Shown here: positions 1 to 8,559 of the stretch, one piece after another | Layout: every line of letters begins with the position of its first letter | Numbering within the stretch: the stretch's first letter is position 1 | DNA from: Candidatus Saccharimonadota bacterium | GTDB lineage: Bacteria > Bacteroidota > Bacteroidia > Flavobacteriales > Blattabacteriaceae | Assembly (NCBI RefSeq): GCF_024818015.1 | Contig: NZ_CP093908.1 | Coordinates: 1-32,000, forward strand | Direction of reading: 5' to 3' | Length of the DNA stretch: 32,000 bases | Program-made: the position numbers and the translations under genes | Notes under the pieces: model-generated | What the model was told of the DNA's origin: nothing | Seen by the model: the letters and a program-made list of their open reading frames with translations, nothing else | The model's database searches: none

Positions 1-624
1 ATGGCAAGATATATAGGACCAAAAACCAAAATTTCTCGTAAATTTGGAGAATTAATATATGGAAAGACTAATAAAAGTTTTGAAAAAAAAAAATATCCAC
101 CTGGTCAACATGCTAATAGTAGAAATATAAAAAAAACATTTTATTCAACTCAATTGTTGGAAAAACAAAAAAGTAAATATACTTATGGTATATTAGAAAG
201 ACAATTTAGAAAAATGTTTTATAAGGCTTCAAAAAAAAAAGGAATTAAAGGTGAAATACTTTTACAATTATGTGAATCTAGGTTAGATAATATTGTTTAT
301 AGATTAAACCTCTCACATTCTAGACCTGAAGCAAGACAATTAGTATCACATCGTAATATTACTGTGAATGGGCAAATTGTAAATATACCTTCTTTTAATT
401 TAAAACCAGGAGATAAAATTTCTTTAAAAGGCTCTTTAAAAGGCTCTTTAAAAGGCTCTTTAAAAGGCTCTTTAAAAGGCTCTTTAAAAGGCTCTTTAAA
501 AGGCTCTGATTGGTTAAGTTGGGATAATGAGAAAATGATAGGTATCTTTAAATATATTCCAAAAAGAAAACAAATTCCTGAAAAAATTAATGAAAAATTA
601 ATAGTTGAATTATATTCTAAATAA
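1..624 (+). CDS. rpsD: 30S ribosomal protein S4
   Basis: 207-aa ORF. Conserved S4 termini are MARYIGPKTKISRKFGE... and ...IPEKINEKLIVELYSK, and the S4 domain reads LCESRLDNIVYRL..ARQLVSH. It precedes rpoA-rplQ as in the alpha operon. It contains an in-frame 12-bp x7 array. Confidence 0.95.
   Translation: MARYIGPKTKISRKFGELIYGKTNKSFEKKKYPPGQHANSRNIKKTFYSTQLLEKQKSKYTYGILERQFRKMFYKASKKKGIKGEILLQLCESRLDNIVYRLNLSHSRPEARQLVSHRNITVNGQIVNIPSFNLKPGDKISLKGSLKGSLKGSLKGSLKGSLKGSLKGSDWLSWDNEKMIGIFKYIPKRKQIPEKINEKLIVELYSK
421..507 (+). repeat. Perfect tandem array of the 12-bp unit tctttaaaaggc, 7 copies plus tct, codon-phased (SLKG)n inside rpsD
   Basis: Read directly from the sequence. The units at 421-432, 433-444 ... 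493-504 are identical. Position 421 is a codon start in the rpsD frame. Confidence 0.97.
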
Positions 625-631
625 TAGAAAT

Positions 632-1345
632 ATGTTTTTTTTAAAATTTAAACAATCAAAAAATTTCAGAGTATTAAAATTAACACCTGTAGAAGGTTTA
701 TTTAAAATAGAACCGTTATTTCCTGGATGGGGAGTAACAATTGGAAATAGTCTTAGGAGAGTGCTTTTATCGTCTTTAGAAGGATATGCAATATCGTCAG
801 TTAAAATTGAAGGAGTAAATCATGAATTTTCTACGATAAAAGGGGTAATAGAAGATATGACAGAAATTATTTTAAATCTGAAAAAAGTACGTTTTAAAAA
901 GAACAAAAAAAAAGAAAATTTTGACTCAGAAGTATTTCATATGATAATATCTAATAATAAAGAAGAAATCACTGCTGCTGATTTAGGGAAATCTATTAAT
1001 AAATTTGATATATTAAATCCTGATTTAATAATTTTAAATAAACAAAAATTAATATCTTTAGATATAACTATTGTAATAAAAAAAGGGATAGGTTATGTCA
1101 CTTCAGAAGAAAATAAAGATAATTTGATAGGATCAATTCCAATGGATTCTATATTTACTCCTATAAAGAATGTAAAATATAAAATAGATAACTGTAGTCT
1201 CAATAAAAATTCAAACTATGAAAGTTTGTTATTAGAAATAAAAACTGATGGGTCTCTAAATCCTAGAGATGCATTAACCAATGCCTCTAATATATTAATA
1301 CAACATTTAAAAATGTTTATATATGAGACACGGAAAAAAAAATAA
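632..1345 (+). CDS. rpoA: DNA-directed RNA polymerase alpha subunit, N-terminal domain only (alpha-CTD absent)
   Basis: GNSLRRVLLSSLEGYAISSVKIEGVNHEF matches the alpha-NTD signature (E. coli GNALRRILLSS). The C-terminal block LLLEIKTDGSLNPRDAL..ILIQHLKMF corresponds to the end of the alpha-NTD. The first ATG after the rpsD stop is at 632; the track ORF starts at TTG 605 and overlaps rpsD. The stop lies inside the rplQ start region. Confidence 0.85.
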   Translation: MFFLKFKQSKNFRVLKLTPVEGLFKIEPLFPGWGVTIGNSLRRVLLSSLEGYAISSVKIEGVNHEFSTIKGVIEDMTEIILNLKKVRFKKNKKKENFDSEVFHMIISNNKEEITAADLGKSINKFDILNPDLIILNKQKLISLDITIVIKKGIGYVTSEENKDNLIGSIPMDSIFTPIKNVKYKIDNCSLNKNSNYESLLLEIKTDGSLNPRDALTNASNILIQHLKMFIYETRKKK

Positions 1346-1670
1346 TCATTTAGGAGTAAAGAGTTCTCATCGTAAATCAATGTTATTGAATATGGCTTTT
1401 TCTCTTCTAAAGAATAAGAGAATTATGACTACTTTAGCAAAAGCTAAAGCATTAAGAAATTATATTGAGCCTTTACTTACGAAAAGTAAAAAAAATACAA
1501 TTCATTATAGACGTAATAATAAGCAATCTGTTTTAGAACTTTTAGAAAAAATATCATCAAAAATATATAATCGTACTGGAGGTTATACAAGAATTATAAA
1601 AACTGGATTTCGTGTAGGTGATTCTTCAGAAACTGCAATCATTGAATTAGTTGATTATTCATTCTGCTAG
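1323..1670 (+). CDS. rplQ: 50S ribosomal protein L17
   Basis: MRHGKKNNHLGVKSSHRKSMLLNMAFSLL..TTLAKAKALRNYIEPLLT is the canonical L17 N-terminus. It sits in the position after rpoA. Confidence 0.92.
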   Translation: MRHGKKNNHLGVKSSHRKSMLLNMAFSLLKNKRIMTTLAKAKALRNYIEPLLTKSKKNTIHYRRNNKQSVLELLEKISSKIYNRTGGYTRIIKTGFRVGDSSETAIIELVDYSFC

Positions 1671-2444
1671 TTTTAATATCCCTTTATAAACAAAGGTAAC
1701 CTCCCCCTTTAAAAAAATTTCTTTATAAGATTTAAGTAGTTTTTCAAACTTAACTTGTAAAGCACCTCCTAGGGTTTGGACTATAATTTTATTATATAAT
1801 AATTTTTTTATATTATAAGCTGCAATTGCAGAGGCAGTTACTCCTGTTCCACAGGAGAAAGTTTCATTTTCCACCCCACGTTCATAAGTTCTAACATTTA
1901 AAATGTTTTTTTTTACTTTAACAAAATTAACATTTACTCCTTTTTTTAGATTTTTTTTATTAAATCGTATTTTGATTCCTTTATTATATACATTTATATA
2001 ATTTTTCTTATTATCTATAAATAGAATATGATGAGGAGATCCTGTGTTTATACAGATATGTTTTTTATATACTTCCACAAGTTCAATATTTTTCATATTT
2101 AATGACACAATATTTTTTTTTATTGATGCATAATGAGAACCATCTATTGTTTGAAATAATGTATTATTATTATTTATAATACCTATTTTTTTTGCAAAAT
2201 GTACAGAACATCTTCCCCCATTTCCACACATAGTTCCTTCTTTTCCATCAGAATTATAGTATTTCATATAAAAATCATATTTTTTAATTTTCTCAATTAA
2301 AATTAGACCATCAGCCCCAATTCCCAAATTTCTATTACACATGTTTTTAATTATTTTTTCACTTAAAAGAAATAATTTTTCAGTATTATTAATTATAATA
2401 AAATCATTTCCTGTTGCTTTATATTTCAAAAAGATAATTTTCAT
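1659..2444 (-). CDS. dapF: Diaminopimelate epimerase
   Basis: 261 aa. N-terminal KATGNDFIIINN is present. Both catalytic Cys motifs are present: MCGNGGRC and FSCGTGVTA. Confidence 0.9.
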   Translation of the reverse strand: MKIIFLKYKATGNDFIIINNTEKLFLLSEKIIKNMCNRNLGIGADGLILIEKIKKYDFYMKYYNSDGKEGTMCGNGGRCSVHFAKKIGIINNNNTLFQTIDGSHYASIKKNIVSLNMKNIELVEVYKKHICINTGSPHHILFIDNKKNYINVYNKGIKIRFNKKNLKKGVNVNFVKVKKNILNVRTYERGVENETFSCGTGVTASAIAAYNIKKLLYNKIIVQTLGGALQVKFEKLLKSYKEIFLKGEVTFVYKGILKLAE

Positions 2445-2463
2445 ATTTTGTTTATTTAAAAAA

Positions 2464-3366
2464 ATGAATGAATATCATATTCCTGTTTTATTAGATGAGA
2501 TATTGTCTTTCTTAGTTAAAGAAAAAAATGGGATTTATATAGATACTACTTTTGGTGGTGGAGGGCATTCTTTATCATTATTAAATAAATTAAGTAATCA
2601 AGGTAGGGTAATTGCTTTTGATAAAGATATAGATTCTATAAAAAAGAATAATATTATTGATGCAAGATTTCATCTTATTAAGACAAATTATAGATTTATA
2701 AAAAAAATAATGAAATTATTTAATATTAATAATAATAAGGTATCTGGTATATTAGCTGATTTAGGAATTTCTTCTCATCAAATAAATTCTCCCAAAAGAG
2801 GATTTTCAATTAGATATAATAGTCTCTTAGATATGAGAATGGATCCGGATAATAAGATTAATGCCCAACATATAATAAATAATTATTCAGATAATGAATT
2901 ATCTAATCTATTAATTAGATTTGGAGAAATAAAAAATAATATATCAAAATTAATTCTTAAACATAGAAAAAAAAAACAGATCAAATCTACATTTGATCTA
3001 ATCAATAGTATAAATTTTTTTTCTAAAAAAAAAAATAAATTTTTCTCAAAAATATTTCAATCTCTTCGAATAGAAGTAAATGATGAAATCAATGCATTAA
3101 AAGATTTATTAAAAAACTCTTTATCAATATTAAAACCTGGAGGTAGAATTGCTGTGATCTCTTATCATTCTATAGAAGATAGAATAGTAAAAAAATTTTT
3201 AAAAACTGGAAATTTTAATGGAATAGTTCCATATGATAAATATGGGAATAATTTATCACCTTTAATTCTTTTAGAACCTAGAATAATTTTTTCCTCTAAA
3301 GAAGAAAAAAAAGAAAATAACAGATCAAGAAGTGCTATATTAAGAATAGCGGAAAAAAAAATCTAA
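2464..3366 (+). CDS. rsmH: 16S rRNA (cytosine1402-N4)-methyltransferase
   Basis: Motifs HIPVLLDEI, DTTFGGGGHS, DLGISSHQ and ISYHSIEDRIVK are present. The start is placed at ATG 2464 (MNEYHIPV). The track ORF's 41 extra N-terminal codons overlap dapF on the other strand and have no RsmH-like sequence. Confidence 0.9.
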   Translation: MNEYHIPVLLDEILSFLVKEKNGIYIDTTFGGGGHSLSLLNKLSNQGRVIAFDKDIDSIKKNNIIDARFHLIKTNYRFIKKIMKLFNINNNKVSGILADLGISSHQINSPKRGFSIRYNSLLDMRMDPDNKINAQHIINNYSDNELSNLLIRFGEIKNNISKLILKHRKKKQIKSTFDLINSINFFSKKKNKFFSKIFQSLRIEVNDEINALKDLLKNSLSILKPGGRIAVISYHSIEDRIVKKFLKTGNFNGIVPYDKYGNNLSPLILLEPRIIFSSKEEKKENNRSRSAILRIAEKKI

Positions 3367-3682
3367 AAACTTACTTATAAGCCGGATTATGTCATAATTT
3401 ATCTGTGATAAAAGTTAGTTACCTTTTACCTATATCTGCCCACCCCCCGAATAATAGTTAAAGGGAAAACTACACTTTTTTTAAAAAAAAGTATCCGGTA
3501 TATATGACATTTCACAACACAGAGTTTACAATATTTCACTACAGCCAAACTGTACTTTATTTCTGTTGCACAATTCCTCATCTCACGATGGACGGTTATT
3601 ACCCGATGTGTTCCCTTAAGGTGTCCGGACTTTCCTCATTTTATTTAAAATATAAATAAACGCGATAAAGTAGTCTTTTTAT
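3365..3682 (-). ncRNA. rnpB: RNase P RNA (bacterial type A, compact)
   Basis: This is the only GC-enriched non-coding island. The reverse complement contains GAGGAAAGTCCGGAC (P4/CR-I, complement of about 3623-3637), GTGCAACAGAAA (compare E. coli AGUGCAACAGAGAG) and CACAGATAAATTATGACATAATCCGGCTTATAAG (compare ACAGAACCCGGCUUAU). The proposed P1 pairs AAAAAGACTACTT near 3668-3680 with AAGTAAGTTTTT at 3365-3376. The ends are approximate, within about 10 nt. Confidence 0.82.
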
Positions 3683-3695
3683 TTTTTCCACACAT

Positions 3696-4205
3696 TCAAA
3701 AAGAACAATTAATGATCCCATCAGGGAATCCAGATTTTTTAAAAATTTCCATTAAAACATATGCATAATGTTTTTCAGATGGTATCCATAATACAACATT
3801 TCCCATAAGGGCTGGTAAAGCTATATTAAATGGTGTTCTAGCAACAACAAATCCTAAACGAGGTTGCTTGTTAAATATTTTATTTGTATAAAATACATTA
3901 AATCTTAAAGAAAATATTAATTCACAAACCTTAAAATGAGATTTACATCTTATTGTAGCGGCATTAATTATAGATCTATATGGCCCAGAAATTAAATCAG
4001 CTGCTTTTAAAAAAAGATAAGCTCTATCGGCCCAAGATATATTTGACCAATATTTATAAACTGATAAAGATGAATTAATTGCTTTCTGAATATCTTTTTC
4101 TGATCCTTTTTTAGAAGTATAAATTTTTTCATTTCCAATATATTGGGGAATATCAATTTTAGATATTTCATCATAATTTTTTTTTATCTCTAGATTTCCT
4201 TTCAC
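3696..4205 (-). pseudogene. Remnant of ALDH4-type 1-pyrroline-5-carboxylate dehydrogenase: N-terminal part with internal deletions, catalytic half missing
   Basis: 169-aa ORF. [44 protein letters not shown] and FKKSGFPDGIIN align with ALDH4A1/PruA-type blocks ([70 protein letters not shown]). It stops before the catalytic Glu/Cys region. Full-length enzymes of this family are more than 500 aa. Confidence 0.6.
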
Positions 4206-4207
4206 AT

Positions 4208-4972
4208 TTACTTTATTTTTTTAATTAATTTTTTATATTCGTTATTAAAATAGGTTATCTCTCTAGTAGAAAGTTTTTTGACATTTACTTGTTTTAACAA
4301 AACATTCGAGATATTCTTTATATTTATACCTAAACATTCTTTAGAATTAATTTGCTTACATAATTCCGGATTATTTTGTTCTAATTTATTAGATTTGTAA
4401 TATTTAGTTATTTTAATTAAAAAATCTTTCATTTTTTCCCCCATCATCTGTATTATACGTTTTTTATATGAAGATGATTTTAAATCAAATAAAATTTTGT
4501 TATCATTTTCTAAATAAAAATTTATATCATTATGACTTAATACAAGTTTATAAAATTCATTAATCATATTTTTTAATTCTAATTTCGAATATTTTCTTTT
4601 AGCAGGAATCTTAATATTTTTTATACATATGCTACACCCTTTATCCATTGCAATTGGCAATGTATTATATTTTAATTTACCATTTTCTATTATAAGCCTT
4701 ATTCCTATATCTGATTCTATATATCTTGTCTCTATCTGGGTTAAAGCCTCAAATCCTTTAGTTGATTCTATTTTTCTCTCAAAACTTTTGATGGCATCAT
4801 TTTTACTCATTCCTATACCATCATCTATAATATGTATTCTATTTTTGCCTCCATTTTTTAATATTATTTTAATATTTTCTGCAGAAGCATCTATAGAATT
4901 TTCTAAAATCTCTTTTAAGATATGTATTACATCTCCAGATTTATTTGATAAAAATTTGATTACATCAGTCAT
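4208..4972 (-). CDS. mutL: DNA mismatch repair protein MutL, severely shortened (about 254 aa); probably non-functional or a pseudogene
   Basis: GHKL ATPase motifs are partly kept: KEILENSIDA and IIDDGIGM. The GFRGEAL block has collapsed to GFEAL, and LFYNTPARRKFLK has collapsed to KIPAKRKYSK. No C-terminal endonuclease/dimerisation domain motifs were seen. The start is taken at ATG 4972 (MTDVIKFL); the track start at 5005 would overlap argH. Confidence 0.7.
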   Translation of the reverse strand: MTDVIKFLSNKSGDVIHILKEILENSIDASAENIKIILKNGGKNRIHIIDDGIGMSKNDAIKSFERKIESTKGFEALTQIETRYIESDIGIRLIIENGKLKYNTLPIAMDKGCSICIKNIKIPAKRKYSKLELKNMINEFYKLVLSHNDINFYLENDNKILFDLKSSSYKKRIIQMMGEKMKDFLIKITKYYKSNKLEQNNPELCKQINSKECLGINIKNISNVLLKQVNVKKLSTREITYFNNEYKKLIKKIK

Positions 4973-4990
4973 TATAAAGTAAGTAATATT

Positions 4991-6337
4991 GTGAAACTCT
5001 GGCAAAAAAATTTTGTACTTAATAAAGAAATAGAATTTTTTACAGTAGGAAAAGATAGATATTTAGATTTATTTTTAGCACCTCATGATGTTATAGGTAC
5101 ATTAGCACATATAATAATGTTAGAAACAATAGGTGTATTAAACATTAACGAATTAAATTCTTTAATTAAAGAATTACATATTATTTATGATACAATCATC
5201 TCTGGAAAATTTCAAATAGAGTATAATGTAGAAGATATACATTCTCAAATCGAATTAATGTTAACTAAACGTTTAGGAAAAATAGGTAAGAAAATCCATA
5301 GTGGAAGATCTAGAAATGATCAAGTTTTATTAGATATAAAATTATTTATTCGTAATAAAATACAAGAATTAGTCTTTATAATTCAAGATTTATTCAATGT
5401 CTTAATACAGTTAAGTAATCGTTATAAACATATATTAATTCCTGGTTATACACATTATCAAATTGCTATGCCTTCTTCATTTGGTTTATGGTTTGCCTCT
5501 TATGCAGAAAGTCTTATAGACGATATTTTTTTCTTAAAAAGCGCATATAATATTTCTAATAAAAATCCTTTAGGTTCAGCAGCTGGATTTGGATCATCTT
5601 TTCCATTAAATAGAAAACTGACAACAGAGATTTTAGGTTTTGAAGATTTAAATTATAATGTAGTATATGCACAAATGTGTAGAGGGAAAACAGAACGTAT
5701 AGTTTCACAAGCTATTTCATCAATAGCTAATACTATTACTAAAATATCTCAAGATATATGTTTATATATGAGTAAGAATTTTGATTTTTTTTCTTTACCT
5801 GAAAATTTCACTACAGGATCTAGCATAATGCCACACAAAAAAAATCCAGATGTATTTGAATTAATAAGATCTAGATGTAATAAAATTATTTCTTTACCTA
5901 ATCAAATATCAATTATAACTACTAATCTTCCTTCAGGATATCATAGAGATTTCCAAACTATTAAAGAAATTTTTTTACCAGTATTTGATGAAATAAAAAA
6001 TTTAATATTAAGATTTACTTATCTGCTTAAAAAACTAATTATAAATAAAAATATAATATCTGAAAAGAAATATAAATATTTGTTTAGTGTAGAAGTAGTT
6101 AATTCTTTAGTTAAAGATGGTCTTTCATTTAGAGAAGCATATAAAAAAGTGGGACTAGATATCCAAAAAGGATATTTTCCCCCTATTACTGATATAAAAC
6201 ATTCTCATGAAGGAAGTATAGGCAATTTATGTAATAAAAAACTAAAATATTTAATGATAAAATTAATAAAAAATTTTAAATTTGAGGTTGTTAATAACGC
6301 AATTAATAAATTATTAAGTGACCTCGAAGGGAGTTGA
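4991..6337 (+). CDS. argH: Argininosuccinate lyase
   Basis: 448 aa with a GTG start giving MKLWQK. The fumarate-lyase signature GSSIMPHKKNPD is present, along with HSGRSRNDQV and GYTHYQIAMP. Confidence 0.95.
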   Translation: MKLWQKNFVLNKEIEFFTVGKDRYLDLFLAPHDVIGTLAHIIMLETIGVLNINELNSLIKELHIIYDTIISGKFQIEYNVEDIHSQIELMLTKRLGKIGKKIHSGRSRNDQVLLDIKLFIRNKIQELVFIIQDLFNVLIQLSNRYKHILIPGYTHYQIAMPSSFGLWFASYAESLIDDIFFLKSAYNISNKNPLGSAAGFGSSFPLNRKLTTEILGFEDLNYNVVYAQMCRGKTERIVSQAISSIANTITKISQDICLYMSKNFDFFSLPENFTTGSSIMPHKKNPDVFELIRSRCNKIISLPNQISIITTNLPSGYHRDFQTIKEIFLPVFDEIKNLILRFTYLLKKLIINKNIISEKKYKYLFSVEVVNSLVKDGLSFREAYKKVGLDIQKGYFPPITDIKHSHEGSIGNLCNKKLKYLMIKLIKNFKFEVVNNAINKLLSDLEGS

Positions 6338-6392
6338 ACCCCCAACCTTCTAATCCGTAGTCAGATGCTCTATCCAATTAAGCTACGAGGCC
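6319..6392 (-). tRNA. tRNA-Arg (anticodon ACG)
   Basis: The reverse complement is GGCCTCGTAGCTTAATTGGATAGAGCATCTGACTACGGATTAGAAGGTTGGGGGTTCAACTCCCTTCGAGGTCA. It folds as a cloverleaf with anticodon loop CTACGGA and T-loop GTTCAAC. No CCA is encoded. Its 3' part overlaps the last codons of argH on the opposite strand. Confidence 0.9.
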
Positions 6393-6427
6393 TTTTTACA
6401 GTTATAATATAAATATAATATAAATTA

Positions 6428-7432
6428 ATGAAAAAAATTAATAATGATATATATTTAAAATGGTATAAAGATATGTCATTTTGGCGAAAATTTGAAGATA
6501 AATGTAGGTCTTTATACTTAAAACAAAAAATAAGAGGATTTTTACATTTATATAATGGGCAAGAAGCTATACCTGCAGGTCTTGTTCATGCTATGGATCT
6601 TAAGAAAGATAAGATGATTACCGCTTATAGATGTCATATTTTACCGATTGCTATGGGGGTAAACCCTAAAAATATTATTGCGGAATTATTTGGTAAAAAT
6701 ACTGGAACTTCTTGTGGAATGGGGGGGTCTATGCATATTTTTAGTAAAAAATATCGTTTTTATGGAGGTCATGGAATTGTTGGCGGACAAATCCCTTTAG
6801 GGGCAGGAATTGCATTTGCTGATCAATATTTTGATCGTGATGGTGTAACAATAACAATTATGGGGGATGGAGCTGTTAATCAAGGATCACTTCATGAAAG
6901 TTTTAATATGGCAATGATTTGGAAATTACCTGTTGTGTTTATATGCGAAAATAATAGATATGCAATGGGAACTTCTGTAAAAAGAAGTTCTAATATTAAA
7001 GATATATATAAAATAGGTTTTTCATATAAAATGCCATCTTTTTGTGTAGATGGAATGGATCCGTTAAAAATATATGAACATGCTTATAATGCAATATCAA
7101 GAGCTAGAAATGGTAATGGTCCTACATTTTTAGATATTCTCACTTATAGATATAGAGGTCATTCAATGTCAGATGCAGAAACATATAGGAGTAAAAAAGA
7201 AGTAAATGAATCTAAAAATAGAGACCCTATTCTTCTTATAAAGCAATATATTTTAAAAACTAAAATAGTTACAGAAAAAGTTTTAAATTCATTTCAAGAT
7301 GAAATTAATAAAAAAATTAATGAATGTGTGAAATTTGCAGAATTGTCAGATTCTGCAAATGTAGAAAAACTGTATAGTGTGGTTTATAATCAAAAAGATT
7401 ATCCATTTTTAGAGAAAAAAAGAAAAAAATAA
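6428..7432 (+). CDS. pdhA: Pyruvate dehydrogenase E1 component, alpha subunit
   Basis: 334 aa. FLHLYNGQEA, GMGGSMH, the ThDP motif GDGAVNQG and YRYRGHSMSD are present. Confidence 0.9.
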   Translation: MKKINNDIYLKWYKDMSFWRKFEDKCRSLYLKQKIRGFLHLYNGQEAIPAGLVHAMDLKKDKMITAYRCHILPIAMGVNPKNIIAELFGKNTGTSCGMGGSMHIFSKKYRFYGGHGIVGGQIPLGAGIAFADQYFDRDGVTITIMGDGAVNQGSLHESFNMAMIWKLPVVFICENNRYAMGTSVKRSSNIKDIYKIGFSYKMPSFCVDGMDPLKIYEHAYNAISRARNGNGPTFLDILTYRYRGHSMSDAETYRSKKEVNESKNRDPILLIKQYILKTKIVTEKVLNSFQDEINKKINECVKFAELSDSANVEKLYSVVYNQKDYPFLEKKRKK

Positions 7433-7437
7433 ATAAT

Positions 7438-8559
7438 ATGGCAGAAGTTATATTTATGCCTCGTCTAAGTGATACTATGGTAGTAGGTACTGTTGTAAAA
7501 TGGCAGAAAAAGATAGGTGAGAAAATTTTAGAAGGAGATATTATAGCGGAAATAGAGACTGATAAAGCAATTCAGGAATTGGAAGCTGAATATAATTCTA
7601 CATTGCTTTATATTGGGATCAAAGAGGGAGAAAGTGCCCCAGTAAATAGTGTATTAGCTATTTTAGGTTCTGAAAATGAAGATATTAGTTCTTTGTTAAA
7701 GCAAAATAAAATTAATAATAATTATAAAAGAATTTTTATTTCTCCTTTAGCTAAAAAATTAGCTTTTGATAAAGGCATATTATTAGATAATATTAAAGGG
7801 ACTGGAATTAATGGACGAATTCTAAAAAAAGATATAGAAAGATATATTGATAATAATTTAGATGATGATGAGAAAAAAAGTTCTAATGAAGTTAACCATT
7901 CTAATATTAGAAAAATAATTAGCAAAAGATTAATTAATTCTAAAATTGAATCACCTCATTATTCTTTATTTATAGAAGTAATTATGGATAATTTAATTAA
8001 ATTAAGAGACTCGATTAACGAAAAAAAAGATTTAGATAAAATTTCTTTTAATGATTTAATTGTGAAAGCTTCAGCTTTAGCTATAAAAGAAAATACAAAA
8101 ATAAATTCTTCTTGGACAGAAAAAAGTATATTATATCATAATAAGATAAATATAGGGATAGCAGTAGCATTAGAAGATGGTTTAATTGTTCCTGTAATTA
8201 ATCAGGTAGATGAAAAATCTTTAAGACAAATCTCTTTTGAAATAAAAGAAAAAGTAATAAAAGCTAAAGAAAAAAAAATAAAATCTAATGAATTAGAAGG
8301 TAGTACTTTTACTGTTTCAAATCTTGGAATGTTTGGTATAGATTCATTTACTTCTATTATAAATCAACCTAATTCTTGTATTTTATCTGTAGGAAGTATT
8401 AAAAAAAAACCTATTATAAATAATGAGAAAATTGTAATAGGTCATACTACTAAATTTACATTAACATGTGATCATAGAATTATAGATGGCGCCGTAGGTA
8501 GTGATTATTTAAAAAGTTTAAAACACTTATTACAAGAGCCATTAAATATAATGATTTAA
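7438..8559 (+). CDS. pdhC: Dihydrolipoamide acetyltransferase (E2 of the pyruvate dehydrogenase complex)
   Basis: Lipoyl domain with EIETDKA, subunit-binding domain ISPLAKKLA..GTGINGRI, and catalytic CDHRIIDGA. Confidence 0.9.
   Translation: MAEVIFMPRLSDTMVVGTVVKWQKKIGEKILEGDIIAEIETDKAIQELEAEYNSTLLYIGIKEGESAPVNSVLAILGSENEDISSLLKQNKINNNYKRIFISPLAKKLAFDKGILLDNIKGTGINGRILKKDIERYIDNNLDDDEKKSSNEVNHSNIRKIISKRLINSKIESPHYSLFIEVIMDNLIKLRDSINEKKDLDKISFNDLIVKASALAIKENTKINSSWTEKSILYHNKINIGIAVALEDGLIVPVINQVDEKSLRQISFEIKEKVIKAKEKKIKSNELEGSTFTVSNLGMFGIDSFTSIINQPNSCILSVGSIKKKPIINNEKIVIGHTTKFTLTCDHRIIDGAVGSDYLKSLKHLLQEPLNIMI

Noticed and set aside
421-507. Possibility that the regularly spaced 12-bp repeats, or the 107-bp duplication at 9241-9466, are a CRISPR-like array
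   Set aside because: The units are contiguous with no unique spacers. They lie in frame inside rpsD, or they duplicate known gene starts. No cas genes are present.
2341-2463. 41-codon N-terminal extension of the rsmH ORF
   Set aside because: It overlaps the dapF 5' end on the other strand. The canonical RsmH N-terminus (MNEYHIPVLL) begins at ATG 2464.
4629-4982. 117-aa plus-strand ORF. Similar short antisense ORFs occur at 7722-7925, 11181-11378, 16609-16890, 25391-25576 and 30605-30793.
   Set aside because: Each is fully embedded antisense in a gene with clear homology (mutL, pdhC, rlmB, ilvD, prfA, glnS). The translations are hydrophobic and low-complexity with no recognisable motifs.
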